Shown piece after piece: positions 58,394-64,000 of a stretch of DNA of 64,000 nt (position 1 is its first letter; each line of letters begins with the position of its first letter). The notes under the pieces were generated by a model. That model was not told the DNA's origin. It was given only the letters and a program-made list of their open reading frames with translations, and made no database searches. Both the position numbers and the translations under genes were made by a program. The stretch comes from a virus (Duplodnaviria; Caudoviricetes). The stretch lies in the IMG/VR virus record IMGVR_UViG_3300021387_000688; one strand, written 5' to 3'.

Positions 58394-58801
58394 TTATTTT
58401 GGGAAACCTTGAGTTTTATAATTTGAACCTGCTGTATAAGCTTGTGCAAGTGTAACATAATCTGGCTGCCCAAAACTATTAGGACCTTCTCCGAATTTAC
58501 GGTCATCGTTTTCATACTTTGGCCAGAAATAATCTGAACCGTTATCATCATAACCGTCTTCAAAGGCTTGCTGAATATAGCACATATCTACTTCATCAAT
58601 AGAAGGAAAGATTTCAGAGAAGAAGCCATTGTAATAAAAATCACTCCATGCTTCTTCTTTTATATATTTGTAACATTTGTTTGCGTCTTCATTTTTCCAA
58701 ATTACTTTTACGTCACCGCAACATAAATCTAATTCACTTTGATTCCAAACATGGAAATCGCTTGGGTTTGGGGACATTGGAAGTTGTACTACATAAAACA
58801 T
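58394..58801 (-). CDS. Hypothetical protein
   Basis: TAATG coupling. Confidence 0.7.
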   Translation of the reverse strand: MFYVVQLPMSPNPSDFHVWNQSELDLCCGDVKVIWKNEDANKCYKYIKEEAWSDFYYNGFFSEIFPSIDEVDMCYIQQAFEDGYDDNGSDYFWPKYENDDRKFGEGPNSFGQPDYVTLAQAYTAGSNYKTQGFPK

Positions 58802-58998
58802 TATTCTTCCTCCTCTTTTTCATCTTCTTTCGAAGCAGCTTCTTTTTCAGCTTTATAAAGCATAAACTCTTTTAATTCAGCAAGCTGCTTGAGTTTGAAT
58901 TCTTTGAGAGTCCATTTATCCCAATTAGATTGTTTCGCGCATTCACTGCCAATACAAGCAATGAAGAATCCTATAAAAATTCCTAATATAATTTCCAT
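58801..58998 (-). CDS. Small membrane-anchored protein
   Basis: N-terminal hydrophobic helix. Confidence 0.65.
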   Translation of the reverse strand: MEIILGIFIGFFIACIGSECAKQSNWDKWTLKEFKLKQLAELKEFMLYKAEKEAASKEDEKEEEE

Positions 58999-59130
58999 TA
59001 TTTTTTACCCCTTGGAAACCATTCCTTCCAGTTTTCAAGTAAAAGGAAAAATATTACACTTCCAATTAAAATAAAAACTGAAGCAACCTTATGAGTATCC
59101 ATAAAAGCCGTTACAAATACTTGGATTGGA

Positions 59131-59397
59131 TTATTCATACTGAGCCTCCGTTATGACATAACAAGGTACTCCACAAGTTTTGCGAATATCTTCATCCATT
59201 ATAAGCTCTCTGTTGATAGGAGAGTAATGAACCTGAGCCAATCTCTGAAGGTAAGGAGAAACACGATCCATCAATGTATCAAAATATTTACTTTTAGAAT
59301 CCCATTTAGCAGGAAAGTAAGTATGAGCACTAGGATCGTATACATGATAAACTTTTTTATTTACTAGTTTGTTTACTGGTAAAGGGTTAAGTACCAT
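59131..59397 (-). CDS. Hypothetical protein
   Basis: CTATATT promoter and GGAGG RBS. Confidence 0.7.
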   Translation of the reverse strand: MVLNPLPVNKLVNKKVYHVYDPSAHTYFPAKWDSKSKYFDTLMDRVSPYLQRLAQVHYSPINRELIMDEDIRKTCGVPCYVITEAQYE

Positions 59398-59435
59398 TTC
59401 TGTTTCCTCCTATAATAATATAGGAGTTTTCAGGT

Positions 59436-60194
59436 TTAAGAATTTCTATCTTTTTTCACCAACTCATCCAAGTCAAATACTTTATAAGGGGAGTCGGGAT
59501 TGTCCCAGCAAATATTTTTATACATTTTAGGATCGACTACAAATTGTTCCCAATTCTTTTTGTGCTGTAAAGGTGGAACTTCCCTTCCAGAATCTTTGTA
59601 GGCTTTTCTTACCATTCTGTAATTTTCCAAATCCCAAGTAAAGTAAGATTCGTCAACGGGAATTTGATGGGTATGGCCATGGATGTTTATGAATTGAGAA
59701 TTCTTTTTTAAGAAAACAGGTTCGTGACTTAAGATAAAACTATCCTTGTAAAGAATTGGTCTATCATAAACTTTATCAAAACCAAGATATCTAAAAATAT
59801 CTTCCAAAGAAGAATTCTTGTCAAAAGGTTCAATTTTATCCCAATCCTCTTTCGATTTTCTAAAATGATTGAATTGACGATCATGGTTTCCAAGAACAAT
59901 ATTCAACTGACGGTAATTACCCTTCATTACATCAATGAAAGCTTTCAACTGATCGAGAGTACATTCTCCAAATAATTTACCGTAAAATAAATCCCCAAGA
60001 TTCCAAAGTATTACTCCTTTCTCATCTGGAATTTGCTTGTTAATTGAGTTTACAATATCCCAAGACATTTGTATAGATTTTTCATCATTAAAGGGGAGAT
60101 AATCTTTTCGTTCTGCGTATTTTATAATATTGCTATGAAGTAAGTGACTTACTTAATGTAAGTCAGAAGTAATATAATTTCTTTCTGACTGCAT
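59436..60194 (-). CDS. Calcineurin-like metallophosphoesterase interrupted by a 12-nt stop-containing insert
   Basis: GGAGG RBS, ATG 60194: MQSERNYITSDLH-TAA-VSH-LLHSNIIKY... in frame with NLGDLF, LGNHD, SHEP, IHGHTH. The track ORF (59436..60068) lacks motif I. Confidence 0.85.
60144..60165 (-). other. Candidate recoding element (coding gap hairpin)
   Basis: Minus strand TGACTTAC-ATTAA-GTAAGTCA, 8-bp stem; CAT (His), TAA, GTA, AGT, CAC (His). Confidence 0.6.
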
Positions 60195-60281
60195 TTTTAT
60201 GTCCTCCTAAAATAATTAGCATAATTATATTATAGTATTTGATTATGTTAGTGTGTAACAAATGTTTGCACTAATTAAAGT

Positions 60282-61300
60282 ATGAATTACGAAAAAAATT
60301 ATTATGATTATGTAAATTATGTAAAAAACACCATGTTAAGCCTAGAAGTTTAGGAGGAGACAACTCTAAAGAAAATTTGATTTTACTTACAGCAAGAGAA
60401 CATTTTCTAGCACATTATTTACTTTGTAAATTTACAAAAGGAGAAGATAAAAAGAAAATGGTTTGGGCTTTCCATAGACTATGTTATTCGGATTCTTCTA
60501 ACCATATTAGAAAAGAAAATAATTTCAAAATGAGTAGTAAATTTTATGAATATTTAAGAAAAGAATTTGTTAAAATTTTTGAAAGTGAAGATTGGAAAAA
60601 AGCATGTAGTGAACGTAGTAAAGACAGGGTTTGGATAAACGACGGTAAAAACTCTAAAATGGTTAAGGATTTTGAATTAGATGATTTCTTAAAGGATGGC
60701 TGGACAGTCGGAAGAATTATGAATAAATCCAATTTAGGAAAGTATACACCTACAGAGGAGGAGAAAAAAAGAAAAGCATTAAAATTATCCATTAGAGGGA
60801 AAAACTCTGTTTGGGTCCACAATGATTTAGAAGACAGAATGATTCAAAAAGATCAATTAAAAGAATTTTTAGATAAAGGGTATTCAGAAGGTAGAACCCA
60901 TAAAAAGAAAGCATCTTCCAACGGTCAAATTGGTAAAATAGCTGTTTACAATCCTTTAACTGATGAGGAAAGGAGGATAGATAAGAAAGATTTAGAGATC
61001 TTTTTAAGTAAAGGTTTCATTAAGGGTAGAAGAAAAGCCAGTGAAGAAACTAAACAAAAAATGAGTAAGTCCCATACAGATCCGGATAGTAAATCCCAAA
61101 AATATTATCAAAGCCTTAGAAATGGTATTTCTAAAAGAAAACATTTCGAAGGTAAAATTGTACATAAAGATGGTATTTATAAAGGGGTTTCTTTGGAAGA
61201 GTTGGACACCTATTTATCTAAAGGGTGGCAAATAGGTGCCAGACCTAAATCAGAAGATTGGAAAAGAAAAGCCAGAGAAAGAAATCAAAAAAAGATTTAA
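60282..61300 (+). mobile_element. Free-standing HNH homing endonuclease gene with a -1 frameshift near the 5' end
   Basis: ACTAATT-N5-ATG MNYEKNYYDYVNYVK; the -1 frame gives HHVKPRSLGGDNSKENLILLTAREHFLAH; four W.ndG...L..G...GR repeats and a NUMOD3-like SEETKQKMSKSH. Confidence 0.85.
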
Positions 61301-61302
61301 AA

Positions 61303-61788
61303 TTATTTTGTAACCTCCTGATTAGGTGAATGAGTAACATCATCTTCAAACATTCCAAAATGATTTAAGAACTTCCACCTCTTTTTAATAGAGAATCCTC
61401 TTGTCAATTTGTATTTAAGGGCTGCCCGAGATAATCTTAAATTATTAATAATTTCTCCTGCTTTTTTATTATCCTCTTCTTTTTGAGGATCGAGCCCGGC
61501 TGTAAGTCTACCACATTCATTTGCATAATCTAAAACAACTGTTGCAAAATTAACAAACATTCTTTGAGTAGAATTTAAGAAAGGAGTGGTTGCAATATCA
61601 TTAGGTTCTACCTGCCAGTAACACTCTGTAAGCATTCCCAATAATGTTTCGTAAAGCTTACGGTCTTTCTTAAATAAAAATTTTGGCGGATTGTTAAACC
61701 AATTTGCTTTCAATTCCAGCATTCCCTTTTCAAGCAAATCCATGTATTGCTGTTCCAGCCAATTGTATACTACAACTTCGTACATCAT
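61303..61788 (-). CDS. Hypothetical protein
   Basis: Coupled ORF. Confidence 0.7.
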   Translation of the reverse strand: MMYEVVVYNWLEQQYMDLLEKGMLELKANWFNNPPKFLFKKDRKLYETLLGMLTECYWQVEPNDIATTPFLNSTQRMFVNFATVVLDYANECGRLTAGLDPQKEEDNKKAGEIINNLRLSRAALKYKLTRGFSIKKRWKFLNHFGMFEDDVTHSPNQEVTK

Positions 61789-62249
61789 TATTTTATTTCT
61801 CCTCTTGCTTTATATTGAGATTCTGTTAAGCAATCTCTCTTTACAAAGTCTATATCTTTAGAATATTGATTCTTTTCTACCCACCGGATCATGGTACCAA
61901 AAGGTCTACTTACTGTACACTTTTCATAAAACTGCGAATTATCCTTATTAACATAATGCCAGAAAACTTCTTGGTTTTCATATTTGCAAACAGGTAGTAC
62001 TAGTTTTACATAAAGATCATCTTTTACATCTTTATTAAATTCGTTACTAAAAGTTTTGTAAGGGGCTACGTGGAATCCGTTTTCGGTATCTATATCTAAA
62101 AGTACATAGTATTCTTCTTTGTAAAGACTTTTAGTTAAATCAGCTTTAGTATTTCCTGCTAAGTAAATATCTCCAATTCTAGGAATCGCCCCTGTTTTGA
62201 AATCAAAAATCTTTGTAGAATCGTTTAAGTCAACATAATATAAATTCAT
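61788..62249 (-). CDS. Hypothetical protein
   Basis: Coupled ORF. Confidence 0.7.
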   Translation of the reverse strand: MNLYYVDLNDSTKIFDFKTGAIPRIGDIYLAGNTKADLTKSLYKEEYYVLLDIDTENGFHVAPYKTFSNEFNKDVKDDLYVKLVLPVCKYENQEVFWHYVNKDNSQFYEKCTVSRPFGTMIRWVEKNQYSKDIDFVKRDCLTESQYKARGEIK

Positions 62250-62569
62250 TATTCAACTCCCCTTTCTTCGTTTAATTTTTTCATTTTATTTGTTAAAGGT
62301 TCAAAAAGCTTTCTTAAGCAATCAAAGATTAAGAAAATAAAAGCCATTACAAAATAAAGAGGACTGAATACCAAATTAAAGATTCCTTGAGATATTTCAT
62401 ATCTGTTGGTACGTTCATCCCAAAAGAAATCAGTCCATATTTCTTTGAATGGGGTTTCTTTTCCTTCTATATGGTCACTGAGCCAAAGCGTGCAAGCCAA
62501 TAGATAATAGAAGGCAGCTTCGACAACTACCCATAAAGTTATAAATGATACGATTTCAATAATATTCAT
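62249..62569 (-). CDS. Membrane protein, predicted leaderless
   Basis: Two TM helices; CTATATT-N6-ATG. Confidence 0.7.
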   Translation of the reverse strand: MNIIEIVSFITLWVVVEAAFYYLLACTLWLSDHIEGKETPFKEIWTDFFWDERTNRYEISQGIFNLVFSPLYFVMAFIFLIFDCLRKLFEPLTNKMKKLNEERGVE

Positions 62570-62594
62570 GAAAATAATATAGGCGGGAAGTTTG

Positions 62595-62963
62595 TTATAT
62601 GTATGGAATTATTTTAACTTTCTTTTCAAGTTCTTTACAGAAATCTATTGAACTTTTAGTCCCTTTAGATTTATAGTCCCAAAAGGCTAAACAACAATCG
62701 CATTCTTTAACCATTTGTTTATTTCGAATTGGGCCTGCAGCTTTTCCATATTTGTTCCAATCTGCAGGGTATTTTTCTAAGAGGATGTTATGAGATAAAG
62801 CGAATTCTTTTGCGAAGGAATCGGCTCCGGTAGGGCACTCTCCTTCTAAAATAATTAAATGAGAATAGTCGAGGTTTTCTTCTTCAAGGAATTTTTGGAT
62901 GGAAGAGAAGCACAATTCTTTATTTGCGAAATCTCTTCCACCACATATCATTAATTTATACAT
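62595..62963 (-). CDS. SLOG-family (YspA/DUF2493-like) protein
   Basis: MICGGRDF...GECPTGAD...YPADWNKYGKAAGPIRNKQM...FWD..SKGT. Confidence 0.88.
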   Translation of the reverse strand: MYKLMICGGRDFANKELCFSSIQKFLEEENLDYSHLIILEGECPTGADSFAKEFALSHNILLEKYPADWNKYGKAAGPIRNKQMVKECDCCLAFWDYKSKGTKSSIDFCKELEKKVKIIPYI

Positions 62964-63375
62964 TAGGGTCTTCTACTATTTCCCACATCTCGTTAAAATC
63001 TTCAGGGCTATAACCAAGTTCAATATGTTCGAAGTCTCCGTAATTGTCACGAATCTTACTCATCATCTTAGCCCTTTTTGTAAACCACATTGTTTTTGGG
63101 CGCTTGTACATATCTCTTCCTGGAAGGATAAAACGAGCTTCTGGTAAAAGATACATATTATATTTGTTGAATCTACTACGGATTGTTTTACCTTCCAATC
63201 CTCTAAAGAATCTTAAATCATCTACTTCTTCATCAGAAACTTTACGTACAGGTTCAATAATCCAGCCATTACCTGTAGTAGTTTTTAAGCTATATAAATC
63301 TTTATATTGATTAATAAGATTGTCTAATGCTACTGTAAATTGATCCCTTCGAATCATGATATCGGCTTCTGTCAT
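62956..63375 (-). CDS. Hypothetical protein
   Basis: AGGAG RBS. Confidence 0.7.
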   Translation of the reverse strand: MTEADIMIRRDQFTVALDNLINQYKDLYSLKTTTGNGWIIEPVRKVSDEEVDDLRFFRGLEGKTIRSRFNKYNMYLLPEARFILPGRDMYKRPKTMWFTKRAKMMSKIRDNYGDFEHIELGYSPEDFNEMWEIVEDPNV

Positions 63376-63402
63376 TTTTGACTCCTATAGAAATAATAAG
63401 TG

Positions 63403-63987
63403 TTAAAAGATTTCTTCCCAGAGAGATTTGCCAGCAGAAATCATGTCTGCAAGGTGAAGTAAATGAGCTTCTGCATATTTCATTTTGCGATTAAGTCCTT
63501 TTGTATAATTCTTATTGATCTTTTCACGATCTGCAAATTCACAATTGAAGCGACCATCATGCCACTTAATCAAATGTGCAATAAACTTAAACTGCTTTCT
63601 AAGTTTACGATTAAAGTTCTTACTGTATTCCAAAACATTCTTTGCTTCAATTGCTGGATGTTCTGGATGTGTATGTTCATCACTGCAAATTGTATACTTA
63701 GACATGTCGTGGAGGATTGCTGCAGCATAAACTTCATCCCATTTCAAATTAGGATAAGCTCTATTGAATACCTGAAGAATTTTTACAACATTCTTTGTGT
63801 GGCGACCATTTCCTCCTTCCCCATTCTGCCAACTTGGATGATACTTACCTGTAGAAGAAGTAGGTCTTTCCATTTTGAATTTAGGCTGTCTTGCAATATA
63901 AGAAGTTATGGCTTCTCTCAATTCATCATCATTGATATAATGAAGTTCCTTTTCAAAATATTTATCCAAAGTCATATAATGATTCAA
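63403..63987 (-). CDS. HD-domain phosphohydrolase
   Basis: SSTGKYHP...RHTK...ILHDMSK...WHDG...LHLADM; frame is open to the window edge, so the start is uncertain. Confidence 0.85.
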   Translation of the reverse strand: MNHYMTLDKYFEKELHYINDDELREAITSYIARQPKFKMERPTSSTGKYHPSWQNGEGGNGRHTKNVVKILQVFNRAYPNLKWDEVYAAAILHDMSKYTICSDEHTHPEHPAIEAKNVLEYSKNFNRKLRKQFKFIAHLIKWHDGRFNCEFADREKINKNYTKGLNRKMKYAEAHLLHLADMISAGKSLWEEIF

Positions 63988-64000
63988 AAGCGCAATATCT

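Noticed and set aside
60153-60155. Genome-wide stop-codon reassignment as the explanation for the in-frame TAA
   Set aside because: TAA, TAG and TGA all terminate genes normally in this window, and readthrough would leave four extra residues inside the DxHxxH motif.
60144-61300. Complete group I intron containing the HNH gene
   Set aside because: The HNH lies upstream of the phosphoesterase start on the opposite strand, not between exons; the gap is only 12 nt with no core or terminal G.
743-63730. Many 60-180 aa ORFs antisense to, or nested in, longer genes (e.g. 8702..9028, 23288..23839, 27755..28144, 34973..35314)
   Set aside because: They overlap well-supported, RBS-led coupled genes and have shadow-like composition.

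Overview
This is a 64-kb segment of a large, AT-rich, lytic tailed (myovirus/jumbo-like) phage genome using the standard code. The host is probably a spirochete (Treponema-like), inferred from a phage-borne FliM/FliN-like gene. Plus-strand blocks carry replication and morphogenesis genes: gp25-like baseplate wedge, SbcC/gp46-like ATPase, GroEL-like chaperonin, primase, a putative prohead core protein, large virion proteins and the large terminase. Long minus-strand arrays hold small hypothetical genes plus a dUTPase, a nucleotidyltransferase, two radical SAM proteins, a MazG-like protein, a stand-alone LigA C-terminal half, sigma-like and clamp-like proteins, a metallophosphoesterase, and SLOG and HD proteins. 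Three results stand out. (1) The metallophosphoesterase DxHxxH motif is split by a 12-nt, stop-containing, hairpin-forming insert flanked by matched His codons, next to a frameshifted free-standing HNH endonuclease; this is a candidate miniature ribosomal-bypass/homing cassette. (2) A chimeric FliM-FliN/FliY flagellar switch protein keeps the CheY-P-binding peptide but lacks the GGxG FliG-contact motif. (3) Two promoter classes, CTATAWT and ACTAAWT, often sit 5-6 nt from an ATG (predicted leaderless mRNAs); the second class marks a dispersed set of probable internal head proteins. I recognised no tRNA, rRNA or CRISPR array. All calls come from motif recognition by eye; no searches were run.
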